The notes under the pieces: model-generated
What the model saw: only the letters and a program-made list of their open reading frames with translations
The model's database searches: none
What the model was told of the DNA's origin: nothing
In this document: one piece after another, positions 9,369 to 18,728 of the stretch
Position numbering within the stretch: position 1 is the first letter of the stretch
Layout of the letters: the number at the start of each line of letters is the position of its first letter
DNA from: Candidatus Nomurabacteria bacterium
GTDB lineage: Bacteria > Patescibacteriota > Minisyncoccia > Phycocordibacterales > UBA9973
NCBI GenBank assembly: GCA_029288725.1
Contig: JARIGS010000023.1
Location: 20,582-84,581 of the forward strand
Direction of reading: 5' to 3'
Length of the DNA stretch: 64,000 nt
Translations under genes and position numbers: made by a program

Positions 9369-10097
9369 ATGGAAAAGAAAACAACTACAACCAAAAAGAC
9401 TACTACTCCAAAGACTGCAAAGGCAACTATGACTCTTGATACCGCTATTTACAATCAGAAGGGTACTAGCGCAGGAACCTTTACTCTTCCAAAGAAGGTC
9501 TTCGGTCTTGCATGGAATGCTGACCTCGTACACCAGGTCGTTGTCGGTATGCAGGCTAACAAGCGTGCAGGTACCGCACACACCAAGGATCGCAGTGATG
9601 TATCCGGTGGCGGTAAGAAGCCATGGAAGCAAAAGGGAACTGGTCGTGCTCGTCACGGTTCATCTCGCTCACCAATCTGGGTTGGCGGTGGTGTTACCTT
9701 CGGTCCTCGCAATGACAAGGATTACTCAAAGAAGATCAACAAGAAGATGCGCGTTAAGGCTCTCTTCACTGTCCTTTCTCGCAAGGTTGCTGACGATGCA
9801 GTACTGCTCGTTGACGGACTTTCATTCGGTGCAATGAAGACCAAGGATGCAAGTACCGTGCTTAGCACTTTTGCTGGCATCAAGGGCTTTGAAAAGCTCA
9901 CTTCGAAGAAACCTACTACCTTGTTGGTAGTGCTTCCTGAGCACAATGAAGTAGTGGAAAAGAGCTTTGCAAACCTTCCTGGCGTAACTGTTATGACAGT
10001 AAACGACCTTAATGCATTGAATACTCTTACTTTCCACCACGTAGCGATTGTCGATCCTGCAGTGACCGTACCAGTGTTAGAGGCAAAATTGAGTTAA
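9369..10097 (+). CDS. rplD: 50S ribosomal protein L4 (Thr/Lys-rich N-terminal extension)
   Basis: KKPWKQKGTGRARHGSSRSPIWVGGGVTFGP. Start may be the internal Met at 9429. Confidence 0.9.
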   Translation: MEKKTTTTKKTTTPKTAKATMTLDTAIYNQKGTSAGTFTLPKKVFGLAWNADLVHQVVVGMQANKRAGTAHTKDRSDVSGGGKKPWKQKGTGRARHGSSRSPIWVGGGVTFGPRNDKDYSKKINKKMRVKALFTVLSRKVADDAVLLVDGLSFGAMKTKDASTVLSTFAGIKGFEKLTSKKPTTLLVVLPEHNEVVEKSFANLPGVTVMTVNDLNALNTLTFHHVAIVDPAVTVPVLEAKLS

Positions 10098-10101
10098 TAT
10101 C

Positions 10102-10404
10102 ATGGCTACAAAAAAGACTACAACCGAAAAAGTTTCTCCATCAATCCTTCTTGGCGCACGCATTACCGAAAAGGCGGCAAACAACGCTCAGTTCAGCATC
10201 TATCTTTTCAATGTTGCTGTTGGTGCAACCAAGTCAGAAATCGCCAAGGCTTTCAAGGCTCAGTACAAGAAGACTCCGTTGAAGGTTAATACCATTAACG
10301 TCCTCCGCAAGAGTCACTTCCGTCGCGGTCGTCTCGGATTTGGTACTTTTAGCAAGAAAGCGTATGTCTTCCTTCCAAAAGGAACAACGATAGATATCAT
10401 CTAA
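10102..10404 (+). CDS. rplW: 50S ribosomal protein L23
   Basis: ITEKAANNAQFSIYLFNVAVGATKSEIAKAFKAQY...INVL. Confidence 0.9.
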   Translation: MATKKTTTEKVSPSILLGARITEKAANNAQFSIYLFNVAVGATKSEIAKAFKAQYKKTPLKVNTINVLRKSHFRRGRLGFGTFSKKAYVFLPKGTTIDII

Positions 10405-10415
10405 GAGTTATTATT

Positions 10416-11261
10416 ATGGCAATGAAAACATACAAACCAACAACCAAATCAAGTCGCAATACCGTGACTATTGATTACCGCAAGGTCCTCACTACAGGCA
10501 AGCCATTGAAGTCACTGACAAAGGGCTCAAAGCGCACTGGCGGACGTAACAACACTGGTCGCATTACTGCTACCCACAAGGGAGGAGGAAACAAGCGTGC
10601 ATACCGCATGGTGGACTTCTTGTACAACAAGCACGACATCCCCGCAAAGATCACTACTGTTGAATACGATCCAAACCGCAGTGGTTTTATCGGTGTGGCA
10701 GTCTACAAGGACGGTGAGAAGCGCTATGTCTTGCTTCCAAAAGGCGTAACTGTCGGCAGTACCTTCGTCGTTGGTGAAAACGTTCCAGTGGAACAAGGTA
10801 ACCGCCTTCCATTGAAAAACATCCCTTCTGGTACTTTTGTATACAACATCGAAATCAAGCCAGGAAAGGGTGCCAAGATGGTGCGCAGTGCCGGAGCATT
10901 TGCTCAGATCATCGCTCAGAATGATGGCTATACCCAGCTCAAGATGCCTTCAACTGAAATCCGTCGCGTACAGGACCTTTGTTGGGCAACTGTTGGTGAA
11001 GTGTCAAACGATGAGCACAAGCTCGTGAAATACGGTAAGGCTGGTCGCTCACGATGGCGAGGTATCCGTCCAACTGTTCGTGGTACTGCCATGAACCCAG
11101 TTGACCACCCACACGGTGGTGGTGAAGGTGTTCAGGGTATCGGTCTCCGTCGCGGTCCTAAGACTCGTCACGGTAAGCAGGCATACGGTGTACGCACTCG
11201 CAGTCCGAAGAAGTACTCAAACAAGCACGTTATCACTCGTCGCAAGAACGGCAAGCGATAA
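10416..11261 (+). CDS. rplB: 50S ribosomal protein L2
   Basis: GRNNTGRITATHKGGGNKRAYR and MNPVDHPHGGGEG. Confidence 0.97.
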   Translation: MAMKTYKPTTKSSRNTVTIDYRKVLTTGKPLKSLTKGSKRTGGRNNTGRITATHKGGGNKRAYRMVDFLYNKHDIPAKITTVEYDPNRSGFIGVAVYKDGEKRYVLLPKGVTVGSTFVVGENVPVEQGNRLPLKNIPSGTFVYNIEIKPGKGAKMVRSAGAFAQIIAQNDGYTQLKMPSTEIRRVQDLCWATVGEVSNDEHKLVKYGKAGRSRWRGIRPTVRGTAMNPVDHPHGGGEGVQGIGLRRGPKTRHGKQAYGVRTRSPKKYSNKHVITRRKNGKR

Positions 11262-11272
11262 TTATGAAAATA

Positions 11273-11308
11273 AAAAGGGCGCATCCCTACGGGATGCGCC
11301 CTTTTTAT
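11273..11308 (+). terminator. Rho-independent terminator after rplB
   Basis: AGGGCGCATCCC-TAC-GGGATGCGCCCT + TTTTATT. Confidence 0.8.
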
Positions 11309-11365
11309 TGACTTTGCTGTTCTTTACTGTATTGTTTCAAAAAACATTCATAAAAAAATAGCGCA

Positions 11366-12394
11366 ATGAAAAAGAGCCTTCTACTACTTGTATGTCTATC
11401 GACACTATTGAGGGCCCAGGTGCCCCACACGGCCTCTACTGCGATGCCATTTCTCAACTTTATTCCCGATGCCCGGTCTGCCGGCATGGGCGGGGTTTAT
11501 TACGGACGAACTGATGTGAATGTCGGTTTCAATGCCGTTGCCAAGCTGGTGAGTTTGGTTGATGAGCCAACCCAGGTGGGCGTATCGTATACACCCCTCA
11601 AAAACGTTGCTCACAATGCTTACCTCTCAAGTGCAGCCTTTGTTGCTCGGAATGAGCAAGGGGCACTATTTGTAGGGCTTCGGTACTTTACGCCCGGGTC
11701 AGTAGTGCTTGCCGATGGTAATGCCAATTACTTAGGGACGGTCGAGCCGTCCGACATGGTAGTGCAGCTTGGATATGCATTGCCGCTTTCACCGGACTGG
11801 AGCATTTCAGTGACCGGAGGGTGGGCATATTCCAAATTGTTGGATGGTACCTATAACGGTACTACGTACCTCACTGGAAGTGCGGTAATGGCTGATATCG
11901 CCTGCTGTTATGACGGACGCGACATATTTCATCAGGGATTTTCCGGTGGCCTAGCATTGAAAAATATTGGCACCCCAGTTTCTTATACCAAAGAAACTAA
12001 AAGCTTCCTGCCAGCCAGTGCAACGGTAGGAGTTGCGTATACGGCGGTTGGGCCAGGTTCAGTAACGGGATTTACGATCGGGACCCTGATAGGGAAAGTC
12101 CTTATTCCTGCCAACGATACAACTGGCCATACCAGCATGATTCAAGGATTGCTGCATCCTGCGGGAGAAGTAACGTACGCTATCGGTGCCGAGTATTTAT
12201 ACAATTTCGCGGTACAAAAAATGAACCTTAGTGTTCGAGCTGGTTACAGTGGTGGAACTACGAGCACGGGTGGGGTTACGGCCGGCATAGGATATGGATT
12301 CAATAGTATTGCTATCGATGTGGCCTATCGTGCGTCCAATGTCTACGATCCATTTGGTAATACCTTCCGAATTGGGCTCGGATACAAATTTTAG
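11366..12394 (+). CDS. Secreted FadL/PorV/UPF0164-like putative outer-membrane-type beta-barrel protein (paralog 1)
   Basis: Signal peptide MKKSLLLLVCLSTLLRA. Conserved N-terminal D-A-R-S-A-G-M-G-G motif. Long run of alternating-hydrophobic beta-strand patterns. C-terminal ...TFRIGLGYKF ends in an aromatic residue as in OMP barrels. Has its own promoter-like TTGACT box and terminator. Confidence 0.45.
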   Translation: MKKSLLLLVCLSTLLRAQVPHTASTAMPFLNFIPDARSAGMGGVYYGRTDVNVGFNAVAKLVSLVDEPTQVGVSYTPLKNVAHNAYLSSAAFVARNEQGALFVGLRYFTPGSVVLADGNANYLGTVEPSDMVVQLGYALPLSPDWSISVTGGWAYSKLLDGTYNGTTYLTGSAVMADIACCYDGRDIFHQGFSGGLALKNIGTPVSYTKETKSFLPASATVGVAYTAVGPGSVTGFTIGTLIGKVLIPANDTTGHTSMIQGLLHPAGEVTYAIGAEYLYNFAVQKMNLSVRAGYSGGTTSTGGVTAGIGYGFNSIAIDVAYRASNVYDPFGNTFRIGLGYKF

Positions 12395-12404
12395 AATATT
12401 CTGA

Positions 12405-12438
12405 CAATCTCCTCTCTCATAGAGGAGATTTTTTTATT
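12405..12438 (+). terminator. Rho-independent terminator
   Basis: AATCTCCTCTCT-CAT-AGAGGAGATT + TTTTTTATT. Confidence 0.8.
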
Positions 12439-12490
12439 GACTTTTTTAAATAAAATAGTATTTTGTAATAAAACTAAACAATAGAATATT

Positions 12491-13507
12491 ATGAAAAAAT
12501 ACTTGTTTTTGCTCATGTGTGTAGCAAAACACGCTACATTTGCTCAGTCATTGGCCGAGTCTACTACTGTACCGTTATATCGTATAACGTTCGACACTCG
12601 TGCAGCTGGCATGGGTAAGGCCAATACCATTGCTGGTACCCCTGATAACATGGTGATGTTTTCCAATTTGGCAAAACTTCCCTCTGTCATGAATACCGAG
12701 GAAGGGTGGGAGCATACAAAAAACATGTTTGCCGGAGGCATGGCACAATATAACGCTGTCATCATTAACTATCTCGGATATGCTCATGCTGATAAGGACG
12801 GTAATGATTTTTGTGCCATAGCGAAATACCTTAATGGGGGAAATCCTCAGCAGGCATTTCTGGCAGGAAACGACAACTATGAATGGGATATTGAAATGGG
12901 CTATGCTAAAAGCATAGGAGATGCCTGGAGCGTGTCAGTAATGACCAAACTGCTTCAGTCAGAAACTAATAGCAAAGCAATAAATACTTTTCTGCCCGCA
13001 GCAACGGTAAGTGCCGATGCGCTCAGTCTCGATCTAGGAGCCTATTACGCTGACCTTAGTGAAATAGGCGCTGGTACGACTATCGGTTTCATGCTTTCCA
13101 ACCTTGGTACACCGCTGAATTACGGTCACGCCCTTATCAGGATACTTCCTGCCACGGTTGGAGCCGGAATAAGCCATACTTGGATAGAAGGAGTGCATAA
13201 CAATGCAATTACTACCTCTTTTGAGGTGAATAAGTCATTAAGCTTTCCATTTCCCGGTCCGTATCTTACATTGTCAGGCGGATTCGAGTACAGTCTTCGG
13301 ACTGACCCGGTAAAGACTGACGGTTTCAGTATCCGTATGGGGTATTGCGACGATAGCTTTATACACGAGTATTCCGGCATCACTATTGGCATCGGTATTG
13401 GCTTCAGGAAAATCCACCTCGACATGGCCAGTTTCATCGATCCGAGTGGCAGGGGAGAAAGCCCTCTCTATAACAAATTGCACGCTACGATATCGTATGG
13501 ATTGTAA
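12491..13507 (+). CDS. Secreted FadL/PorV/UPF0164-like putative beta-barrel protein (paralog 2)
   Basis: Signal peptide. FDTRAAGMGKA motif (the same D-x-R-x-A-G-M-G signature as paralog 1). Alternating beta-strand patterns (ITIGIGIGF, LHATISYGL). Confidence 0.45.
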   Translation: MKKYLFLLMCVAKHATFAQSLAESTTVPLYRITFDTRAAGMGKANTIAGTPDNMVMFSNLAKLPSVMNTEEGWEHTKNMFAGGMAQYNAVIINYLGYAHADKDGNDFCAIAKYLNGGNPQQAFLAGNDNYEWDIEMGYAKSIGDAWSVSVMTKLLQSETNSKAINTFLPAATVSADALSLDLGAYYADLSEIGAGTTIGFMLSNLGTPLNYGHALIRILPATVGAGISHTWIEGVHNNAITTSFEVNKSLSFPFPGPYLTLSGGFEYSLRTDPVKTDGFSIRMGYCDDSFIHEYSGITIGIGIGFRKIHLDMASFIDPSGRGESPLYNKLHATISYGL

Positions 13508-13508
13508 T

Positions 13509-13544
13509 CAAAGCCCTTTTGCTTTTAGCAAAAGGGCTTTTTCT
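13509..13544 (+). terminator. Rho-independent terminator
   Basis: AAAGCCCTTTTGC-TTTTA-GCAAAAGGGCTTT + TT. Confidence 0.75.
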
Positions 13545-13576
13545 ATAGCATTTTCTCTAAATGCTATACTTCTCCC

Positions 13577-13987
13577 ATGGATCGCCTTCCCAAACACATT
13601 TCCGAAAAGAAACGCTTTTCATTCATTGCTCGTGTCCGAAGTTTCCGGTATGCCATTCGGGGCATGGGCATTATTCTAAAAACCCAGCATAATTTCTGGA
13701 TACAGATTGTTGCGGCCGGTGTTGTGGCGTATTTGGGTATATTTTTCCATATTGCCGCTACCGAATGGGCATTACTGGTATTGGCTGTAACAGGGGTATT
13801 GGTAGCTGAATCCTTTAATACTGCCATTGAAATTGACATTGATTTGACCAGTCCTCAGTACCATCCCTATGCTCGGGATACCAAGGATGTAGCCGCTGGA
13901 GCAGTATTATTGGCCGTTATTGGGGCAATGGTGGTCGGCTGTATCGTCTTTCTGCCCAAGATATTTATCCTCTTTTTCGTGAGATAG
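13577..13987 (+). CDS. dgkA: Diacylglycerol kinase / undecaprenol kinase family protein (DgkA-like)
   Basis: [28 protein letters not shown]...[24 protein letters not shown]...[27 protein letters not shown] matches prokaryotic DAGK family motifs (EN-like FNTAIE, KDxAAGAVL). Confidence 0.8.
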   Translation: MDRLPKHISEKKRFSFIARVRSFRYAIRGMGIILKTQHNFWIQIVAAGVVAYLGIFFHIAATEWALLVLAVTGVLVAESFNTAIEIDIDLTSPQYHPYARDTKDVAAGAVLLAVIGAMVVGCIVFLPKIFILFFVR

Positions 13988-13996
13988 CGAAATCAT

Positions 13997-14024
13997 TTGA
14001 CTTTCCGGTGCTATCTGATAAGAT
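13997..14024 (+). promoter_or_regulatory. Candidate promoter re-initiating rpsS onward (TTGACT-16-TAAGAT)
   Basis: -35 TTGACT at 13997..14002 and -10 TAAGAT at 14019..14024, between dgkA and rpsS. Confidence 0.4.
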
Positions 14025-14061
14025 AGTGGAGCTCAAATCGAGCTTCTTTTATTTCAGGTAT

Positions 14062-14406
14062 ATGACACGATCACTCGCAAAAGGTCCTTACGTTGACCCA
14101 AAATTACTCAAAAAAATCGAAGGTAAGACCCCTCTTTCAACAGGGTCTATTCGAACATGGTCACGTGACAGTCAGATTGCCCCAGAAATGGTAGGATTCA
14201 CCTTTGGTGTCCACAACGGCAAGCAGCACATTGAAGTGTTGGTGACCGAAGACATGGTAGGGCACCGTTTGGGTGAATTTTCTCCTACTCGCAAGTTTAC
14301 CCGTCACGGTGGTAAGATGCAGAAGGATATTGACCAGAAGAAAAAAGAAGCTGAAATCGCCGCTGCAAAGTCTGCAAAATCAACCGGTGATGCTAAGAAA
14401 AAATAA
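14062..14406 (+). CDS. rpsS: 30S ribosomal protein S19 (Lys/Ala-rich C-terminal tail)
   Basis: [20 protein letters not shown]...[18 protein letters not shown]. The ORF opens at 14008; the conserved start is at 14062. Confidence 0.95.
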   Translation: MTRSLAKGPYVDPKLLKKIEGKTPLSTGSIRTWSRDSQIAPEMVGFTFGVHNGKQHIEVLVTEDMVGHRLGEFSPTRKFTRHGGKMQKDIDQKKKEAEIAAAKSAKSTGDAKKK

Positions 14407-14429
14407 TCCCTCTTAAATAATTTATTCGT

Positions 14430-14798
14430 ATGAAAGCCTCACTCTCAAACTATCGCCAATCACCTCGTAAGGTTCGTCTCGTGACTGACCTTGTTAAGGG
14501 CAAGCACGTTGCTGAAGCAAATGTAGTACTTTCCTACATGCCAAAGCGTGCTGCAGAGCCAATTCAGAAGCTTATCATGAGTGCTGCTGCAAATGCGGTA
14601 AACCTCGGCGCAACTGCTGAAAACTTGATGGTGAAAAATATTGAAGTAAACAAGGGATTTGTTATCAAGCGCTCAATGCCTCGTGCAATGGGTGTGGCAA
14701 AGCCAATCAATAAGCGCACCAGTCACGTTGCAGTTACTCTTGCTGAAGTTGCCCCAAAAGCTAAGAAGGCCAAGAACACTAACGTTAAAGAGAAATAA
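14430..14798 (+). CDS. rplV: 50S ribosomal protein L22
   Basis: SPRKVRLVTDLVKGKHVAEANVVLSYMPKRAAEPIQKLIMSAAANA. Confidence 0.93.
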   Translation: MKASLSNYRQSPRKVRLVTDLVKGKHVAEANVVLSYMPKRAAEPIQKLIMSAAANAVNLGATAENLMVKNIEVNKGFVIKRSMPRAMGVAKPINKRTSHVAVTLAEVAPKAKKAKNTNVKEK

Positions 14799-14801
14799 TA
14801 T

Positions 14802-15467
14802 ATGTCTAAAGTCGTCCATCCTTATGCTCATCGTCTTGTTATCCTCCGTGATTGGAAATCACGCTGGTTCGCAACAGACAAGAATTACGTAACCAACCTT
14901 CAGGTTGACGTTGCTATTCGTGAATACCTTGAAAAGCGCCTTCGTGGATACTATGTTTCAAGTGTTGATATCGAACGCGGACAGAAAATGATCCGTATCA
15001 TTATCCGCACTTCACGCCCAGGTATGGTTATTGGACGCAGTGGTGAAGGCGCAATCAAGCTTAAGGCTGATATTGAAAAGCAGCTTAAGCGCGAGAAGCT
15101 TACTATCACTGATGATCTTAAGATTGAGATCGCAGAGGTAGCAAACCCTGATGGTGACGCAAAGATCGTTGCCTACATGATTGCCGAAGGTCTTGAAAAG
15201 CGTCTTCCATACCGTCGCGTAATGAAGCTCCTGATCGAAAAGGTTATGGCAGTGCGCGGTGTGCAGGGAGTGAAGTTCTATGTCGGTGGTCGTCTTGGCG
15301 GTGCGGAAATCTCCCGTTCAGAAGTCTTGAAGCGTGGTTCTATCCCATTGCAGACATTCCGTGCTGACATTGACTACGCTCGCGAAACTGCGCGCTTGGC
15401 ATACGGTGGTATCGGTATCAAGGTCTGGATTTACAAGGGTCAGGTATTTGATCAGAAAGGCAAATAG
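14802..15467 (+). CDS. rpsC: 30S ribosomal protein S3
   Basis: KVVHPYAHRLVILRDWKSRWFA...RPGMVIGRSGEGAIKL...VKFYVGGRLGGAEISR. Confidence 0.95.
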   Translation: MSKVVHPYAHRLVILRDWKSRWFATDKNYVTNLQVDVAIREYLEKRLRGYYVSSVDIERGQKMIRIIIRTSRPGMVIGRSGEGAIKLKADIEKQLKREKLTITDDLKIEIAEVANPDGDAKIVAYMIAEGLEKRLPYRRVMKLLIEKVMAVRGVQGVKFYVGGRLGGAEISRSEVLKRGSIPLQTFRADIDYARETARLAYGGIGIKVWIYKGQVFDQKGK

Positions 15468-15476
15468 AGTTGATAT

Positions 15477-15893
15477 ATGTTATTCCCTAAAAAAGTAAAA
15501 TTCCGAAAGTGGCAAAAGAAACGAACTGATATGAGTAATCGTGTGGAAACACGCGGTACTACCATCAACTTTGGTTCTTACGCACTCAAGACTGAGAGCA
15601 TGGGTCGCGTGACTTCAAATCAGATTGAAGCTGCACGTAAGGCGGCAAGTCGTCACCTCACCAAGGTTGGTCGCATGTGGATCCGCATCTTCCCTGACCG
15701 TCCATTTACCGAAAAGGCCGCACAGCAGCCGATGGGTAAGGGTAAGGGTGAATTGCAGGGATACCATGTGGAAATCCTTCCAGGTCGCATTATTTTTGAA
15801 GTAGACGGCGTTGATGAGGCAGTTGCTCGCGAAGCATTGCGCAAGGCAGGTACCAAGCTTCCTGTTAAGACTCGTGTCATTTCACGTGCCTAG
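15477..15893 (+). CDS. rplP: 50S ribosomal protein L16
   Basis: MLFPKKVKFRKWQKKR...WIRIFPDRPFTEKAAQQPMGKGKG. Confidence 0.95.
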   Translation: MLFPKKVKFRKWQKKRTDMSNRVETRGTTINFGSYALKTESMGRVTSNQIEAARKAASRHLTKVGRMWIRIFPDRPFTEKAAQQPMGKGKGELQGYHVEILPGRIIFEVDGVDEAVAREALRKAGTKLPVKTRVISRA

Positions 15894-15930
15894 ACAAAAG
15901 GTAAAAAATAAGTAAGATACAAACACTATT

Positions 15931-16188
15931 ATGAAAGCAACTACTACCACAACTGAAGCAGCAAAGAAGACCCTCAAGGGGAAAGTTTTGTCCAACAAGA
16001 TGGACAAGACGGCTGTTGTTGCGGTTACTCGTTTCGTGAAGCATCCAAAGTACAAGAAGTACTTCAAGATCACCAAGAAATTCAAGGCTCATGATGAGAA
16101 CAACACGGCAGTAATTGGTGAAACAGTGGCAATCGTCGAAACCCGCCCACTATCAAAGGATAAGCATTTTGCCATCGTGCAGCAATAA
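15931..16188 (+). CDS. rpsQ: 30S ribosomal protein S17
   Basis: [44 protein letters not shown]...[15 protein letters not shown]. Confidence 0.93.
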   Translation: MKATTTTTEAAKKTLKGKVLSNKMDKTAVVAVTRFVKHPKYKKYFKITKKFKAHDENNTAVIGETVAIVETRPLSKDKHFAIVQQ

Positions 16189-16198
16189 GAGTTGAACT

Positions 16199-16570
16199 AT
16201 GTTACAAGCAGGATCAAAAGTTAAAATCACTGACAACGCCGGAGGTAAGAAGGGTACTATTTTCAAGGTACTTGGCGGTTCACGCCGTCGCTACGCCTCA
16301 CTCGGCGACATGGTAGTGCTCTCTGTTAAGGAAGCAGAACCTCGCAAGGCAATCAAGAAAAAAGATGTAGTCTATGGTGTAGTCGTTCGCGTCACTCAGC
16401 CATTTCGCCGCAAGGACGGTTCATACATTCGCTTTGATGACAATGCCGTAGTGATTGTTGAAAAGACCAAGAAGGAGCCAAAGGCAGGTCGTATCTTCGG
16501 TCCGATTCCTCGTGAATTGGCAGAACGTGGTTACCAGAAGATCATTTCTCTTGCCCCAGAAGTGCTGTAA
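16199..16570 (+). CDS. rplN: 50S ribosomal protein L14
   Basis: MLQAGSKVKITDNAGGKKGTIFKVLGGSRRRYASLGDMVVLSVKEA. Confidence 0.95.
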   Translation: MLQAGSKVKITDNAGGKKGTIFKVLGGSRRRYASLGDMVVLSVKEAEPRKAIKKKDVVYGVVVRVTQPFRRKDGSYIRFDDNAVVIVEKTKKEPKAGRIFGPIPRELAERGYQKIISLAPEVL

Positions 16571-16587
16571 TTTTTAAATACATTCAT

Positions 16588-16896
16588 ATGAAACTCAAAA
16601 AAGGAGACAACGTAATAGTGATTGCCGGCAAGAACAAAGGTCAGACAGGCAAAATCAGTGTGGTGCATACTGCGACCAGTCGCGTGATTGTTGACGGTGT
16701 AAACAAGACCAAGCGTCACATCAAGCCTCGCTCATCAAATGAAAAGGGCAGTACTATCGAAAAGGAATCACCAATTCATGTTTCAAACGTCATGATCCTT
16801 GATCCAAAGGGTAACAAGCCAACCCGTATTGGAAAGAAAACTGTTGACGGCAAGAACGTTCGCATTGCAAAGAAAAGCGGCCAAGAACTAAAATAA
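16588..16896 (+). CDS. rplX: 50S ribosomal protein L24
   Basis: MKLKKGDNVIVIAGKNKGQTGKISVVH...VIVDGVNKTKRHIKP (KOW motif). Confidence 0.93.
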   Translation: MKLKKGDNVIVIAGKNKGQTGKISVVHTATSRVIVDGVNKTKRHIKPRSSNEKGSTIEKESPIHVSNVMILDPKGNKPTRIGKKTVDGKNVRIAKKSGQELK

Positions 16897-16900
16897 ACCT

Positions 16901-17398
16901 ATGACATCAACTACAGCAAAACAAAATAAGATGGCAATGCCTCGCTTGACCAAGATTGTGGTTTCAAGTGGTACTGGTAGTGGCATGAAGAAAGATCGCG
17001 AGAAGAACAACATCGTCGCTGATCGTCTTGCTCGCATTACTGGTCAGAAGCCTTCTCTTCGCGTAGCAAAGCAGTCAGTGGCAAGCTTTAAGATTCGTGA
17101 AGGCGATCCTATCGGCCTCACCGTCACCCTTCGTGGTGCGCGCATGCAGCATTTCCTTAACAAGCTCGTGCATATTGCATTCCCTCGAACCAAGGACTTC
17201 CGCGGTCTCGACAAGAAGGCTATCGATAGCATGGGTAACCTCACGCTCGGTATCAAGGAACACACGATCTTCCCTGAAGCAGCCGATGAAGACCTTCGTG
17301 ATGTCTTCGGTCTTGCTATCACCCTCGTGACTACTGCCAAGTCAAAGGAAGAAGCAGAAGCATTCTTCGACCAGCTCGGCATTCCTTTTAAGAAATAA
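16901..17398 (+). CDS. rplE: 50S ribosomal protein L5
   Basis: PRLTKIVVSSGTG...FKIREGDPIGLTVTLRGARMQHFLNKLVHIAFPRTKDFRGL. Confidence 0.95.
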   Translation: MTSTTAKQNKMAMPRLTKIVVSSGTGSGMKKDREKNNIVADRLARITGQKPSLRVAKQSVASFKIREGDPIGLTVTLRGARMQHFLNKLVHIAFPRTKDFRGLDKKAIDSMGNLTLGIKEHTIFPEAADEDLRDVFGLAITLVTTAKSKEEAEAFFDQLGIPFKK

Positions 17399-17402
17399 TG
17401 AC

Positions 17403-17441
17403 AAAAAATCCCCAGGAGGTCTGACCTCCTGGGGATTTTTG
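17403..17441. terminator. Bidirectional terminator (AAAATCCCCAGGAGGT-CTGA-CCTCCTGGGGATTTT)
   Basis: 15-bp stem with A-run and T-run on either side. Ends rplE (plus) and the minus-strand coiled-coil gene. Confidence 0.8.
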
Positions 17442-17450
17442 CTTACAGCA

Positions 17451-17882
17451 TTAGGGCTTAAATTTCAGTGCAAATTGGTCGAACTGACGGTGGGTGACAA
17501 AACGGTCATCGAGGTTAAGGATATCTTGTCGGACTTTGAGAAAATTGTTGTCCATATCGTTAAATCGTTCGTCCATTTCTACAAAATGGGTATCTATGGC
17601 CGTAAATCGGTTCATTACCATAATGGTGAGTTTTTCAATTAAGGTATCAATTTCTTGGAATTTTATGTCCATTTTATTTTCTAAACAACCAAGTTTATTT
17701 TCTACGTTAAACATTCGGCTATCCAAACTATCGATTTTTGTTTCTATTTTAGACATTCTCGTTTCCATGTTGGACACTCTTGTGTCTAGGCCATCTATTT
17801 TGCCAGCCAAGCCAAGTACCAAATGCCCGACCTCGGTAATGGTCATTTCCTGGGAAATATGCTGTTCGACCTGCTTTTTCAT
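17451..17882 (-). CDS. Hypothetical coiled-coil protein
   Basis: 143 aa of heptad-like repeats (TRVSNMETRMSKIETKIDSLDSRMFNVENKLGCLENKMD...). No TM segment. Sits on the opposite strand, between rplE and rpsN. Confidence 0.55.
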   Translation of the reverse strand: MKKQVEQHISQEMTITEVGHLVLGLAGKIDGLDTRVSNMETRMSKIETKIDSLDSRMFNVENKLGCLENKMDIKFQEIDTLIEKLTIMVMNRFTAIDTHFVEMDERFNDMDNNFLKVRQDILNLDDRFVTHRQFDQFALKFKP

Positions 17883-18125
17883 GCTCCCAGTATAGCAACC
17901 CTTGGTTAGGGGATCCCAGTGGAAAAAGCCTTATTTTTCTTCATTTTTCCTTTATTTCAGATAAAAGCCCCAAGATCCATGCGATGCTTGACCGAAAAGG
18001 CTTTATTTGTTAGGATACGGAGGTTCTTGTTGAATCCGTAAGTTTCTCTTTGTTGATCAATTCAGCATCTGAGATAACCAATAAAGAAATCCTTACGCGA
18101 TATTCACCCGAACATATATTAATTT

Positions 18126-18311
18126 ATGGCAAAAACATCAGTTATTGCGCGTTCTCAAAAGACGCCAAAATTTAGTACCCGTCAGGTAAACCGCTGCTTC
18201 CGCTGCGGTCGTCGTCATGGCTACATGCGTGACTTCGGACTTTGTCGTATCTGTTTCCGTGAGCTTGCTAACGAAGGAATGATTCCTGGTATTCGCAAGT
18301 CTTCTTGGTAA
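18126..18311 (+). CDS. rpsN: 30S ribosomal protein S14, zinc-binding type Z
   Basis: 61 aa with [10 protein letters not shown]...CRICFRE (C4 zinc ribbon). Confidence 0.93.
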   Translation: MAKTSVIARSQKTPKFSTRQVNRCFRCGRRHGYMRDFGLCRICFRELANEGMIPGIRKSSW

Positions 18312-18325
18312 TTAACCACACTATT

Positions 18326-18718
18326 ATGCAGGATCCTATCGCAAACATGCTCATCACGATGAAAAACGCCTCAATGGTTTCAAAGGAAACCGTCGTTGTG
18401 CCTTTTTCAAAGCTCAAGTACGCCATTGCGCAGTGCTTGAAAGACCAGGGCTTCATCGTAAACGCATCAAAGAAAACAGAAAAGAATAATGTTCCTGTGC
18501 TTGAAATCGAACTTGCGTATACCGCTGAGGGTGCCAAGATTCATGACGTGAAGCGCGTTTCAAAGCAGTCACGCCGCGTCTACAGTGGAGTGAAGGAACT
18601 TCGTCCAGTGAAGAACGGTCACGGTATCACCGTATTATCAACTCCAAAAGGAATCTTGAGCGACAAGCAGGCGCGCAAGGAAATGGTCGGTGGAGAAGTA
18701 TTATTCACGATGTGGTAA
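18326..18718 (+). CDS. rpsH: 30S ribosomal protein S8
   Basis: MQDPIANMLITMKNASMV...GHGITVLSTPKGILSDKQARKEMVGGEVLF. The ORF opens at TTG 18305. Confidence 0.93.
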   Translation: MQDPIANMLITMKNASMVSKETVVVPFSKLKYAIAQCLKDQGFIVNASKKTEKNNVPVLEIELAYTAEGAKIHDVKRVSKQSRRVYSGVKELRPVKNGHGITVLSTPKGILSDKQARKEMVGGEVLFTMW

Positions 18719-18728
18719 GAGTTTATAT

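Noticed and set aside
9436-9837. Alternative-frame ORF inside rplD
   Set aside because: Shadow ORF. The L4 frame carries the conserved KQKGTGRARHGS motif.
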